Assembly (NCBI GenBank): GCA_016793045.1
Contig: JAEUKZ010000028.1
Location: 484-64,483, forward strand
Length of the DNA stretch: 64,000 nucleotides
Direction of reading: 5' to 3'
Source: Alphaproteobacteria bacterium
Lineage (GTDB): Bacteria > Pseudomonadota > Alphaproteobacteria > CACIAM-22H2
Shown: one piece after another, positions 11,093-20,613 of the stretch
Layout: each line of letters begins with the position of its first letter
Numbering within the stretch: position 1 is the first letter of the stretch
Program-made: the position numbers and the translations under genes
The notes under the pieces: generated by a model
The model's database searches: none
What the model was told of the DNA's origin: nothing
Seen by the model: the letters and a program-made list of their open reading frames with translations, nothing else

Positions 11093-11220
11093 CCCGCCTC
11101 CCTCGCGGAAGGCGGCTTTTGCGCGGGAAATGCTCCTTGCCGGCGATATGCCGGCTAGGTCCGGGCGGCCGATCCATTGGGGACACGGCGCCGGGCCACT
11201 AACAGCCAAAAGGAGAACCG

Positions 11221-11655
11221 ATGCCGCTCTACGAATCCGTCTTCATTGCGCGCCAGGACGTGTCGACCACGCAGGTCGAGACGCTGACCGAGAACTTCGC
11301 CACGATCGTCAAGGATCGCGGCGGCGAAGTGAAGAAGCGCGAATACTGGGGCCTGCGCAACCTGACCTACCGGATCAAGAAGAACCGGAAGGGCCACTAC
11401 GTGCTGCTCAACATCGAGGCGCCGCCCGCGGCGGTTCTGGAGATGGAGCGCACGATGCGCCTCAGCGAAGACATCCTTCGCTATCTCACGGTCCGCGTCG
11501 ACGAGCTCGAAGAAGCACCGTCGGCGATGATGCAGCGCCGCGACGAACGCAGCGATCGCGACCGTGACCGCGGCGATCGTTTCGACCGCGACCGCGGTCC
11601 GCGCCGTCGTGACGGCGAAGGTGGCGACATGGCCCGGCCAGGAGGTGCAGCATGA
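11221..11655 (+). CDS. rpsF: 30S ribosomal protein S6 with Arg/Asp-rich C-terminal tail
   Basis: Conserved S6 N-terminus (YESVFI..); AAGGAG RBS; ATGA overlap with rpsR. Confidence 0.9.
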   Translation: MPLYESVFIARQDVSTTQVETLTENFATIVKDRGGEVKKREYWGLRNLTYRIKKNRKGHYVLLNIEAPPAAVLEMERTMRLSEDILRYLTVRVDELEEAPSAMMQRRDERSDRDRDRGDRFDRDRGPRRRDGEGGDMARPGGAA

Positions 11656-11915
11656 GCAACGGTGGTGGTGGTGGTGGTGGCAGCTTCGGCGGCCGGCGGC
11701 CGTTCTTCCGGCGCCGCAAGACCTGCCCGTTCTCCGGCCCCAACGCGCCGAAGATCGACTACAAGGACGTCCGCCTCCTGCAGCGCTTCATCTCGGAGCG
11801 CGGCAAGATCGTGCCGTCGCGCATCACTGCAGTATCGACCAAGAAGCAGCGCGAACTCGCCCAGGCGATCAAGCGCGCGCGGTTCCTGGCGCTGCTGCCT
11901 TACGTGGTCGCCTGA
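11652..11915 (+). CDS. rpsR: 30S ribosomal protein S18 with N-terminal poly-Gly tract
   Basis: S18 core ([20 protein letters not shown]); N-terminal G7 run. Confidence 0.9.
   Translation: MSNGGGGGGGSFGGRRPFFRRRKTCPFSGPNAPKIDYKDVRLLQRFISERGKIVPSRITAVSTKKQRELAQAIKRARFLALLPYVVA
11661..11681 (+). repeat. (GGT)6-GGC trinucleotide microsatellite inside rpsR 5' coding region
   Basis: Seen directly: ggtggtggtggtggtggtggc encoding G7. Confidence 0.8.
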
Positions 11916-11942
11916 GCCCTCGCGGCCAGGCCGAACCGACCG

Positions 11943-12869
11943 ATGCCGATCCGGATCGTAGCTGCCGTGCTTGCGGCCGGTGCAGCGAGCGCCGTCCTGT
12001 TCGGGACGACGCTTACCGGCACCGTGCTGCTTGCCTATTTCGCGCAACTGCCGCTGTTCATCGTGGGCCTGAGCCACGGCTGGCCCGCGGCGGCTGCGGC
12101 AGGCGCGATCGGCATCGTAGGGGTCCTGACGATCGGCAGCTTCGGCCTCACGGTTGCATTTGCCGTGATGGAGGCCGTTCCGGTCGTCATCCTGTGCTGG
12201 CGGGCGCTGCGACATCGCTACGGCGCAGACGGCAAAGTCGAGTGGTACAGCGCGGGCGCACTCGCCACCGATGCCATGCTGCTCGCTTTGGCAGTCATGC
12301 TCGTGCAGGCCATCATCTTCGAGCAGTTCACGGGCGGCCCTGAGGGGCTCGAAGGGGTGATTGCGCAGATCGTGCCGATGCTCGGGCCGATGACGGGGCA
12401 GCAGGACGAAGCGGTGCGCACCCTGCTCGCCGCGATGCTGCCCCTGGTCCCTGGCTTCGCCGCAGCGTGGTGGTTCTGGATGACCATCGTGAACGGCGCG
12501 ATCGGGCAGTGGGTGGCGCAGCGTGGCGGCATGGCATGGCGGCCGAGCCCGCGGATGGCCGACCTGGAGATGCCGCGTTGGGTTTCCGAGTTCTTTGCCA
12601 TCGCGGTCATCGGATCGCTGTTTCCGGGGCTGGCGGGCCGGCTCGGCGAGAACATGGTCGTCGTCCTGCTCGGAGTGCTGGTCCTGGCCGGCTTCGCGAT
12701 CGTGCATGCGCTCGCCGCACGCTCGGCGAGCCGGATGCTGCTGATTTCGACCTATCTGATCGTGATCGTTTTCGGCGTTCCGCTCCTACTGCTCGCGATC
12801 GCTGGAGCGCTCGAACCTTGGTTGCGCCTGCGGGCGCGTTTTCTCAGCGGCGCGGCTCCCCGCGCCTAG
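11943..12869 (+). CDS. Polytopic inner-membrane protein, DUF2232-like, embedded between rpsR and rplI
   Basis: About 8 hydrophobic helices; this position between S18 and L9 is typically occupied by a conserved hypothetical membrane protein in alphaproteobacteria (recollection, not searched). Confidence 0.55.
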   Translation: MPIRIVAAVLAAGAASAVLFGTTLTGTVLLAYFAQLPLFIVGLSHGWPAAAAAGAIGIVGVLTIGSFGLTVAFAVMEAVPVVILCWRALRHRYGADGKVEWYSAGALATDAMLLALAVMLVQAIIFEQFTGGPEGLEGVIAQIVPMLGPMTGQQDEAVRTLLAAMLPLVPGFAAAWWFWMTIVNGAIGQWVAQRGGMAWRPSPRMADLEMPRWVSEFFAIAVIGSLFPGLAGRLGENMVVVLLGVLVLAGFAIVHALAARSASRMLLISTYLIVIVFGVPLLLLAIAGALEPWLRLRARFLSGAAPRA

Positions 12870-12895
12870 ATGATCCGTTTCGAGGAGTATCGACG

Positions 12896-13531
12896 ATGAG
12901 CGTCATGGAAGTGATCTTGCTGGAGCGCATCGAGTCGCTTGGCCAGATGGGCGACGTGGTGAAGGTGAAGCCGGGGTTCGCCCGGAACTACCTGCTGCCG
13001 CAGAAGAAGGCGATGCGGGCGACGAAGACCAATCTCGACTATTTCGCGACCCAGCGCGCGCAGCTCGAGGCGCAGAACCTGAAGCGTCGCGAGGACGCTC
13101 AGTCCGTCGCCGGCAAGATGGACAATGTTTCGGTCGTCATCCTTCGCCAGGCCGGCGAAAGCGGCCAGCTCTACGGCTCGGTGTCGACGCGCGACATTGC
13201 TACCGCGGTGACCGAGGCCGGGTACACGGTCGACCGCCGCCAGATCATGCTCGATCAGCCGATCAAGAGCCTCGGCCTGTACAAGACCCGCGTCGCGCTG
13301 CATCCCGAAGTCGTCGTCCAGGTGACGGTCAACGTCGCCCAGTCGGCGGAAGAGGCGGAGATGCAGGCCGCCGGTCGGACCGCCGGACAGCCCGCGGCCG
13401 AAACGGCTGAACCGGCCGACGGACCGCCAGCGCCCGTGGTCGAGGCCGCAGCCGCCGCTCCGGAAGCGGAAGGTGAGCCGGCTGCGGAGGCCAAGCCGAA
13501 GAAGTCCAAGAAGAAGAAGGCGGAAGAATAA
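12896..13531 (+). CDS. rplI: 50S ribosomal protein L9 with Ala/Glu/Pro/Lys-rich C-terminal extension
   Basis: L9 N-domain ([32 protein letters not shown]); internal ATG chosen. Confidence 0.9.
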   Translation: MSVMEVILLERIESLGQMGDVVKVKPGFARNYLLPQKKAMRATKTNLDYFATQRAQLEAQNLKRREDAQSVAGKMDNVSVVILRQAGESGQLYGSVSTRDIATAVTEAGYTVDRRQIMLDQPIKSLGLYKTRVALHPEVVVQVTVNVAQSAEEAEMQAAGRTAGQPAAETAEPADGPPAPVVEAAAAAPEAEGEPAAEAKPKKSKKKKAEE

Positions 13532-13556
13532 ACTCCGCACCTTGAGTCGCAGCGCG

Positions 13557-13591
13557 CCGGAGCAGCTTGGAATCTTTACAAGCTGCTCCGG
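13557..13591 (+). terminator. Perfect 13-bp inverted repeat hairpin (ccggagcagcttg / 9-nt loop / caagctgctccgg) downstream of rplI
   Basis: Seen directly; no U-tract, so possibly a factor-dependent or GC-type terminator or a regulatory stem. Confidence 0.4.
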
Positions 13592-13673
13592 AGACTCCTA
13601 AGCTAGGCCTCAGGATTGTCGAGTTCGGGCGCGCGGGGCGGCCCGAGAATCGCAATCGGGAGGTGACCGCGCG

Positions 13674-14900
13674 GTGTTCCTGCTCGCACGTTTGCTCCGA
13701 CATCTCATTCGGATCGGCCGCTTCAGCATCGTGGATCACACGGGCCGGCGGTACGACTTCAGCGGTACGCCGGGCCCGGCCATCACCATCGCGTTCACCG
13801 ACGCCGCGGTCGCCCGCGAGATTGCGATAAACCCGCAGCTTCGCCTCGGCGAGGCCTATATCAACGGGCGGCTCAACTTCATCGAGGGGGACATCTACAC
13901 CCTCCTCGATCTCGCGGCGCTGAACACGCAGGGAAATCCGGTAGGGTTCGCACGCTGGCTGCGTCCGCTGGAGCGCTTGTTGAAGCGCTGGTCTCAGTAC
14001 AATCCCGCGCCTCGCGCCCGCCGCAACGTCGCACACCACTACGACCTGTCGGGCGAACTCTACTCGCTCTTTCTCGACAGCGACCGGCAGTACTCCTGCG
14101 CGTATTTCACCTCGGGGAACGACACTCTCGAGGTTGCCCAGGACAACAAGAAACGGCACATCGCGGCGAAGCTCAATCTGCGCCCCGGCAATAAGGTGCT
14201 CGACATCGGCTGCGGCTGGGGCGGCCTCGGCATCTATCTCGCCAGGGTCGGTGAGCATCGCGTGCTCGGCGTCACGCTGTCGGAGGAGCAGCACAAGGTC
14301 GCGAACGACCGGGCCGTGCAGGCCGGCGTGTCGGATCGCGTCTCCTTCGAGCTGCGCGACTACCGCCACGTGACCGGGGCTTTCGACCGCATCGTGTCGG
14401 TCGGCATGTTCGAGCATGTCGGCATACGTCACTATCGCGAATTCTTCGAGAAGCTGAATACGCTGCTCGCGGATGACGGCGTCGCGCTGCTCCACACCAT
14501 CGGCCGCGCCGACGGCCCTGGGGTCACGAATCCCTTCATCGACAAGTACATCTTCCCCGGCGGCTATGCGCCCGCGCTGTCCGAAGTCGTCCCCGAGATC
14601 GAGCGCGCCGGGCTGTTCCTCACGGACGTCGAGGTCCTGCGCCTGCACTATGCCGACACGCTGCTCGAATGGCGGCGCCGGTTCGCCGCATCGCGCGATC
14701 GGGTGAAGGCGATCTACGACGAGCGCTTCTGCCGGATGTGGGAGTTCTATCTTGCCGGTTCGGAGATCGCGTTCCGCCGACAGGGTCACGTGGTTTACCA
14801 GATCCAGATCACGAAACGCATCGATGCGCTGCCCCTGACCCGCGACTACATGGTGGACTGGGAGCGCGCGAATCTGGCGACCGCCAACCTCGCCGTCTGA
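13674..14900 (+). CDS. cfa: Cyclopropane-fatty-acyl-phospholipid synthase
   Basis: SAM-MTase motif VLDIGCGWGG and CFA synthase C-terminal region; GTG start with GGGAGG RBS. Confidence 0.85.
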   Translation: MFLLARLLRHLIRIGRFSIVDHTGRRYDFSGTPGPAITIAFTDAAVAREIAINPQLRLGEAYINGRLNFIEGDIYTLLDLAALNTQGNPVGFARWLRPLERLLKRWSQYNPAPRARRNVAHHYDLSGELYSLFLDSDRQYSCAYFTSGNDTLEVAQDNKKRHIAAKLNLRPGNKVLDIGCGWGGLGIYLARVGEHRVLGVTLSEEQHKVANDRAVQAGVSDRVSFELRDYRHVTGAFDRIVSVGMFEHVGIRHYREFFEKLNTLLADDGVALLHTIGRADGPGVTNPFIDKYIFPGGYAPALSEVVPEIERAGLFLTDVEVLRLHYADTLLEWRRRFAASRDRVKAIYDERFCRMWEFYLAGSEIAFRRQGHVVYQIQITKRIDALPLTRDYMVDWERANLATANLAV

Positions 14901-14911
14901 CGCTGGCGGAG

Positions 14912-14920
14912 TTATCCACG
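14912..14920 (+). promoter_or_regulatory. DnaA-box-like 9-mer TTATCCACG (8/9 match to TTATCCACA) overlapping a TATACT -10-like hexamer upstream of dnaB
   Basis: Seen directly; single site only; approximate coordinates. Confidence 0.25.
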
Positions 14921-14990
14921 CTATACTCCCTTTGCGCTGGCGATTCGCGTTGAGCGGCCACAGACCCAGCGCGTAGGGTCGGCACCCCCG

Positions 14991-16532
14991 ATGGAACCCG
15001 CGTCACGCATCACTCCGTTCAAGCCTCGCGAGGACGAGGTCCAGCCCCTGCGCACGCCGCCTCACAACTTCGAGGCGGAGATGATGGTGCTTGGTGCGCT
15101 GCTCGCCAACAACAAGGCCTTCGACCGCGTCTCGGAGTTCCTGCTGCCCGAGCACTTTGCCGATGACCGCCACGGCAAGATCTACGCCGCGATCGGCAAG
15201 CTCATCGAGCGCGGCAGCCTCGCCAACTCGGTCACCCTGAAGAACTACTTCGAGCAGGCGGGGGGCGAAGGCGCAGCCACGCTCGCCGAGCTGGGCGGCG
15301 CGCCATACCTTGCGAAGCTCGCCGGTGCGGTGGTCACGGTCGTCAATGCGATCGACTACGCCCGCACCGTCTACGACCTCTATCTGCGCAGGCAGCTGAT
15401 CGACATCGGCGAGGAGGTCACCAACACGGCGTACAGTTTCGATCTGGAAACCACGGCGGCCCAACAGATCGAAGCCGCGGAACAGAGGCTGTTCAATCTC
15501 GCCTCGCTCGGCAATTCGGAGCGATCGTTTTCCGGCTTCGCGACCGCCTTGCGGAAGGCGATCGACATGGCGGAGGCCGCGCATCGCCGCCAGAGCCACG
15601 TCACCGGCGTCACCACCGGGCTGATCGATCTCGACCGCAAGCTCGGTGGCCTCCATCCGTCGGACCTGATCATCCTGGCCGGCCGGCCCGGAATGGGAAA
15701 GACGTCGCTCGCGACCAAGATCGCCTTCAGCGCGGCCAAGGCGCGGCAGGATTGGCTGCGCAACAATCCCAATCCGGCGCCGGATGCGGTCCCCGAAGGC
15801 GGCGTGGTCGCCTTCTTCTCGCTCGAAATGTCGTCGGAACAGCTGGCCGGCCGTCTGCTCGCCGAGCAGACCGAGATCCCGTCGGACAAGATCCGGCGCG
15901 GCGAAGTGCGCGGCGACGACTTCCTCAAGTTCGCCCAGGTCAGCAAGGACTTCGCCACGCTGCCGCTGTTCATCGACGATACGCCGGCCGTCTCGGTGGC
16001 GCAGCTGCGCACACGTGCGCGACGCCTGCACCGTACACACGGCCTGGGCATGATCGTCGTCGACTACCTGCAGCTCATGTCGGCGTCCGCCGGACAGCGT
16101 CCGGAGAACCGGGTGCAGGAAATCTCGATGATCACCCGCGGCCTCAAGGCGATCGCCAAGGAACTGCAGGTGCCCGTCATCGCGCTGTCGCAGCTTTCGC
16201 GCGCGGTCGAGGCGCGCGAGGACAAGCGCCCGCAGCTCGCGGACCTTCGCGAATCCGGATCGATCGAGCAGGACGCCGACGTCGTGATGTTCGTGTACCG
16301 CGCCGCCTACTACAAGCGCGAGCCGACGCGCGAGGACGGCGAGACGCAGGAGCAGTACGCGAAGCGTCACGAGGAATGGCAGGCGGAGATCAACCTGATC
16401 TACAACGAAGCGGACGTGCTGATCGAGAAGCAACGCCACGGACCGACCGGCAAAGTCACGCTGTTCTTCGACGGCGCCTTCACCAAGTTCGACAATCTCG
16501 CACGCAGCGACTCCTCGGATGACGGGCACTGA
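14991..16532 (+). CDS. dnaB: Replicative DNA helicase DnaB
   Basis: DnaB N-domain and RecA-like domain with Walker A GRPGMGKT. Confidence 0.9.
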   Translation: MEPASRITPFKPREDEVQPLRTPPHNFEAEMMVLGALLANNKAFDRVSEFLLPEHFADDRHGKIYAAIGKLIERGSLANSVTLKNYFEQAGGEGAATLAELGGAPYLAKLAGAVVTVVNAIDYARTVYDLYLRRQLIDIGEEVTNTAYSFDLETTAAQQIEAAEQRLFNLASLGNSERSFSGFATALRKAIDMAEAAHRRQSHVTGVTTGLIDLDRKLGGLHPSDLIILAGRPGMGKTSLATKIAFSAAKARQDWLRNNPNPAPDAVPEGGVVAFFSLEMSSEQLAGRLLAEQTEIPSDKIRRGEVRGDDFLKFAQVSKDFATLPLFIDDTPAVSVAQLRTRARRLHRTHGLGMIVVDYLQLMSASAGQRPENRVQEISMITRGLKAIAKELQVPVIALSQLSRAVEAREDKRPQLADLRESGSIEQDADVVMFVYRAAYYKREPTREDGETQEQYAKRHEEWQAEINLIYNEADVLIEKQRHGPTGKVTLFFDGAFTKFDNLARSDSSDDGH

Positions 16533-17625
16533 GCCGCTGCCCTCCGCCGCCGTTCTGACCATCGATCTTGCGGCCGTCGTCGCAAATCATCGCCGCCTCG
16601 CCGCCCGTGCGCCAACTGCGCAGGTCGCCGGCGTGGTCAAGGCCGATGCCTACGGCCTCGGTGCGCGCCAGATCGCGCCGGCACTCGCCGCCGCCGGTTG
16701 CCGTAACTTCTTCGTCGCCCAGCTCGGCGAGGCGCTGGCGCTGAAGCCGCATCTGCCGCCGGATGCCGCGCTTTACGTGCTCAATGGCGTCCTGGCGGGC
16801 GAGGATCAGCATTACGTTGCGCACGCCATCACGCCTGTCCTCAACGATCTCGGGCAGGTCGCCCGCTGGTCCGAGGCGGCGCGCCGTATCGGTCGACCTC
16901 TGCCCGCCGCGGTCCATTTCGACACCGGGATGTCGCGGCTCGGACTGACGGCCGCAGAGGCGGAAGCGCTCCTGGCCGATGCGTCCCGGCTGGACGGCCT
17001 CGATCTTCGGCTGGTCATGAGCCATCTGGTCGCGTCTGAGGAGGCCGAGCACCCCCACAATGCACTCCAGTTCGAGCGCTTCGCCGTGCTGCGCCGGCGA
17101 TTTCCACACGTCAGGGCAAGCCTTGCCAACTCGTCGGGCGTATTCCTGAGCAACCAATGTCACTATGACCTGGTGCGCCCGGGTGCTGCGACCTACGGCA
17201 TCAACCCCCTGCCCGGCCAAGCCAACCCGATGCAATCGGTCGCGACCTTGACCGCCCGGGTGCTCCAGGTCCGTACAATTGACCCCCCCGAGGCCGTTGG
17301 ATATGGTGCGACCCATCGCGTTACCGGTCCGACGCGAATCGCGACGATCGGGTGCGGTTACGCCGATGGGTGGTTGCGGTCGCTCAGCAATCGCGGCAAC
17401 GCGATCCTCGCGGGGATGAGGGTTCCGGTGGTGGGTCGCGTATCCATGGATTTGATTACCCTCGATGTTACCGCGGTGCCCACGGTTCGGACCGGCGACC
17501 AGGCCGTGCTGATGGGGGCGGATCTGCCGGTTGACGAGGTCGCAGAGCGCGCGGGTACGAACGGCTACGAAGTGCTGACGCGGCTCGGACCGCGCCTCCA
17601 TCGCGTCTATCGCGCCGCCTCATGA
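16519..17625 (+). CDS. alr: Alanine racemase
   Basis: PLP-lysine motif VVKADAYGLG; dnaB-alr synteny. Confidence 0.85.
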   Translation: MTGTEPLPSAAVLTIDLAAVVANHRRLAARAPTAQVAGVVKADAYGLGARQIAPALAAAGCRNFFVAQLGEALALKPHLPPDAALYVLNGVLAGEDQHYVAHAITPVLNDLGQVARWSEAARRIGRPLPAAVHFDTGMSRLGLTAAEAEALLADASRLDGLDLRLVMSHLVASEEAEHPHNALQFERFAVLRRRFPHVRASLANSSGVFLSNQCHYDLVRPGAATYGINPLPGQANPMQSVATLTARVLQVRTIDPPEAVGYGATHRVTGPTRIATIGCGYADGWLRSLSNRGNAILAGMRVPVVGRVSMDLITLDVTAVPTVRTGDQAVLMGADLPVDEVAERAGTNGYEVLTRLGPRLHRVYRAAS

Positions 17626-18398
17626 ATCCGCTGGCGGCGATCGGCCGCGTCTTTCTCCACTTCCTGACCGGCGCCGGGCGCTTCGCGATCTTTGCGGGAC
17701 GCGGCGTCATCCACTGCCTGACGCCGCCCTGGTATCCGAGCCTGATCGGGCGCCAGATGCTCAATATCGGCTACTTCTCCCTGCCGGTCGTCGGCATGAC
17801 CGCGCTGTTCACCGGCATGGTGCTCGCACTGCAGAGCTATACGGGCTTCGCGCGCTTCAACGCGGAAAGTGCGATCGCGACGGTCGTCGTCCTCTCGATC
17901 ACGCGCGAACTCGGCCCGGTGATCGCCGGCCTGATGGTCGCGGGCCGCATCGGCGCGTCGATGGCGGCTGAGATCGGCACGATGCGCGTGACCGAACAGA
18001 TCGACGCGCTGCAGACCTTGTCCACCAATCCGTTCAAGTATCTCGTCGCGCCGCGCCTGCTCGCCGGATTGACCATGCTGCCGCTGCTCGTTCTGATCGC
18101 CGACATCATTGGCGTGTTTGGCGGCTATCTCGTCGGCGTCTACAATCTCGGCTTCAATCCGACGACGTTCCTGCGCCAGACGCGCGACTACCTCGAGTTC
18201 ATCGACGTGTTCTCGGGCCTCGTCAAGGCGAGCGTCTTCGGGTTCATCATCGCGCTGATGGGCTGCTATCACGGCTACTACAGCGAAGGCGGCGCACAGG
18301 GCGTCGGGCGGGCCACGACCAACGCCGTCGTTTCCGCGTCGATCCTGATCCTGCTGTGCAACTACGTGATCACCGGCTTTTTCTTCGGGACGAAGTGA
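17622..18398 (+). CDS. mlaE: Mla-type phospholipid ABC transporter permease
   Basis: MlaE/YrbE family signature region; adjacent ATPase. Confidence 0.85.
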   Translation: MNPLAAIGRVFLHFLTGAGRFAIFAGRGVIHCLTPPWYPSLIGRQMLNIGYFSLPVVGMTALFTGMVLALQSYTGFARFNAESAIATVVVLSITRELGPVIAGLMVAGRIGASMAAEIGTMRVTEQIDALQTLSTNPFKYLVAPRLLAGLTMLPLLVLIADIIGVFGGYLVGVYNLGFNPTTFLRQTRDYLEFIDVFSGLVKASVFGFIIALMGCYHGYYSEGGAQGVGRATTNAVVSASILILLCNYVITGFFFGTK

Positions 18399-18402
18399 GC
18401 CG

Positions 18403-19176
18403 ATGGCCGATACCCCTAAGATCGCGATCCGCGGCCTCGTGAAGTCCTTCGGGCCCAAGAAGGTGCTGCGCGGACTCGACCTCGATGTCGGCATCGCCGA
18501 ATCGCTGGTCGTCATCGGCGGATCGGGGACCGGTAAGTCGGTGCTGCTGAAGTGCGTGCTCGGCCTCATCGAGCCCGATGCTGGCAGCATCAAGATCGAC
18601 GGTGAGGAAGTCGTCGGCATGCGCACGCGCGACCGCGAGCGCGTGAACCGCAAGTTCGGCATGCTGTTCCAGGGCGCCGCACTGTTCGACTCGCTCACGG
18701 TCTGGGAAAACGTCGCCTTCGGCCTCATGCGCGCCCAGGGCGTACCGCGCGGCGAAGCCAAGGCGCGCGCCATCGCGAACCTCGCGCAGGTCGGCCTGCC
18801 GCCGGAGGTCGCCGAGCTTCAGCCTGCCGAACTGTCGGGCGGCATGAAGAAGCGCGTGTCGCTCGCACGCGCGATCGCAACGAAGCCTGAGATCATCTTT
18901 TTCGACGAGCCGACGACCGGACTCGATCCGATCATGTCGGCAGTCATCGACGGCCTGATCTCGAGCTGCGTGCACGACCTCGGTGCAACCGCCCTCTCGA
19001 TCACGCACGACATGGCGTCGGCCCGCCGGATCGCCCATCGCGTCGCCATGCTGCACGACGGCAAGATCATCTGGAACGGCCCGGTCGGCCAGATCGACCA
19101 CTGCGGCAATCCCTTTGTCGAGCAGTTCATCAATGGCCGGGCCGAGGGCCCGATCCAAATGCAGGTGCGGGCGTAG
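18403..19176 (+). CDS. mlaF: Mla-type ABC transporter ATP-binding protein
   Basis: Walker A GGSGTGKS, LSGGM signature, Walker B. Confidence 0.85.
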   Translation: MADTPKIAIRGLVKSFGPKKVLRGLDLDVGIAESLVVIGGSGTGKSVLLKCVLGLIEPDAGSIKIDGEEVVGMRTRDRERVNRKFGMLFQGAALFDSLTVWENVAFGLMRAQGVPRGEAKARAIANLAQVGLPPEVAELQPAELSGGMKKRVSLARAIATKPEIIFFDEPTTGLDPIMSAVIDGLISSCVHDLGATALSITHDMASARRIAHRVAMLHDGKIIWNGPVGQIDHCGNPFVEQFINGRAEGPIQMQVRA

Positions 19177-19191
19177 CCCAAGGGACGGGCG

Positions 19192-20607
19192 ATGGCGAAG
19201 AACGACGCGCGCTTCGTCTGCCAGGACTGCGGCGCGGTTCACCGCAAGTGGATGGGGCGCTGCGATGCCTGCGGCGCCTGGAACACGATCATCGAGGAAC
19301 AGGCGCCCGAGGCCGGTCCGCGTCCCGCGCCCAAGGGGCGCCGGATCGCGTTCGAACCGCTCAAGGGCGAAAGCGCTCCGCCGCCGCGGCGCCAGACCGG
19401 CATCGGCGAATTCGACAGAGTGTGTGGCGGCGGCCTCGTCGCCGGGTCCGCCGTGCTGGTGGGCGGCGATCCGGGCATCGGCAAGTCGACGCTGCTGCTT
19501 CAGGTCGTCGCCGGGCTCTCGACCAACACCCGCGTGCTCTACATCTCCGGCGAGGAAGCAATCGATCAGGTGCGACTGCGCGCGCAGCGCTTGGCTGTGG
19601 TCGACCGGCCGGTGTCGCTGGCCGCGGCCACCAATGTGGGCGACGTTATCGCCAGCCTCGACGGGCGTGACGCGCCGGAAGTCGTGGTCATCGATTCGAT
19701 CCAGACCATGTACGTCGATGCGCTGGATTCGGCCCCCGGGACGGTTGCGCAGGTCCGTGCCGCGGCGAGCGAACTCATCCGCGTCGCCAAGCGGCGCGGC
19801 ATCACGCTGCTGATCGTCGGCCACGTCACCAAGGAGGGGACGCTCGCCGGTCCGCGCGTGCTCGAGCATATGGTCGACACGGTGCTCTATTTCGAAGGCG
19901 AGCGGGGGCATCAGTTCCGCATCCTCCGGTCCGTCAAGAACCGCTTCGGCCCGACGGACGAGATTGGCGTGTTCGAGATGTCCGACCGCGGCCTGGGCGA
20001 GGTCCACAACCCGTCCGCGCTGTTCCTGTCCGAGCGCCGCGGCGACGTCAGCGGGGCTGCCGTCTTCGCCGGAATCGAAGGCACACGGCCCCTGCTCGTC
20101 GAGATTCAGGCCCTGGTGGCACCGACGGGCCTCGGAACCCCGCGCCGGGCGGTGGTCGGCTGGGATTCCGGGCGCTTGGCGATGATCCTCGCCGTCCTGG
20201 AGACCCGCTGCGGCCTTGTATTCGGCGGATCGGACGTTTATTTGAACGTGGCCGGCGGCTTGAGAATCGGGGAGCCGGCGGCCGATTTGGCGGTTGCCGC
20301 GGCGCTGGTTTCTTCGCTCACCGGCGAGATCGTCCCCCACGGGGCCGTGGTCTTCGGCGAAATCGGTCTATCCGGGGAAATCCGCGCGGTGGGACAAACC
20401 GAGGCACGGCTCAAGGAGGCGCAGAAGTTGGGATTTACCCAAGCCCTGATGCCGGCCGTTTCGCGCAGCGGTCGGGCTGCGTCCGCCGCCTCCGCCGCCG
20501 GCAGCGGATTCGCCCGCCGCGAGCTGGCCGAGCTTGCCGACCTGGTCGCGATATTCGCCGCCGCGGCGCAGCGCCGTCCGCGTCAATCCGAAACCGTTCG
20601 CAGCTGA
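19192..20607 (+). CDS. radA: DNA repair protein RadA/Sms
   Basis: N-terminal C4 zinc finger, Walker A GDPGIGKST, KNRFG motif, Lon-like C-domain. Confidence 0.9.
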   Translation: MAKNDARFVCQDCGAVHRKWMGRCDACGAWNTIIEEQAPEAGPRPAPKGRRIAFEPLKGESAPPPRRQTGIGEFDRVCGGGLVAGSAVLVGGDPGIGKSTLLLQVVAGLSTNTRVLYISGEEAIDQVRLRAQRLAVVDRPVSLAAATNVGDVIASLDGRDAPEVVVIDSIQTMYVDALDSAPGTVAQVRAAASELIRVAKRRGITLLIVGHVTKEGTLAGPRVLEHMVDTVLYFEGERGHQFRILRSVKNRFGPTDEIGVFEMSDRGLGEVHNPSALFLSERRGDVSGAAVFAGIEGTRPLLVEIQALVAPTGLGTPRRAVVGWDSGRLAMILAVLETRCGLVFGGSDVYLNVAGGLRIGEPAADLAVAAALVSSLTGEIVPHGAVVFGEIGLSGEIRAVGQTEARLKEAQKLGFTQALMPAVSRSGRAASAASAAGSGFARRELAELADLVAIFAAAAQRRPRQSETVRS

Positions 20608-20613
20608 TCCTCC

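Noticed and set aside
12467-12895. N-terminal 143 codons of ORF 12467-13531 upstream of the L9 start
   Set aside because: They overlap the DUF2232-like membrane protein gene in another frame; L9 homology begins at the internal ATG at 12896.
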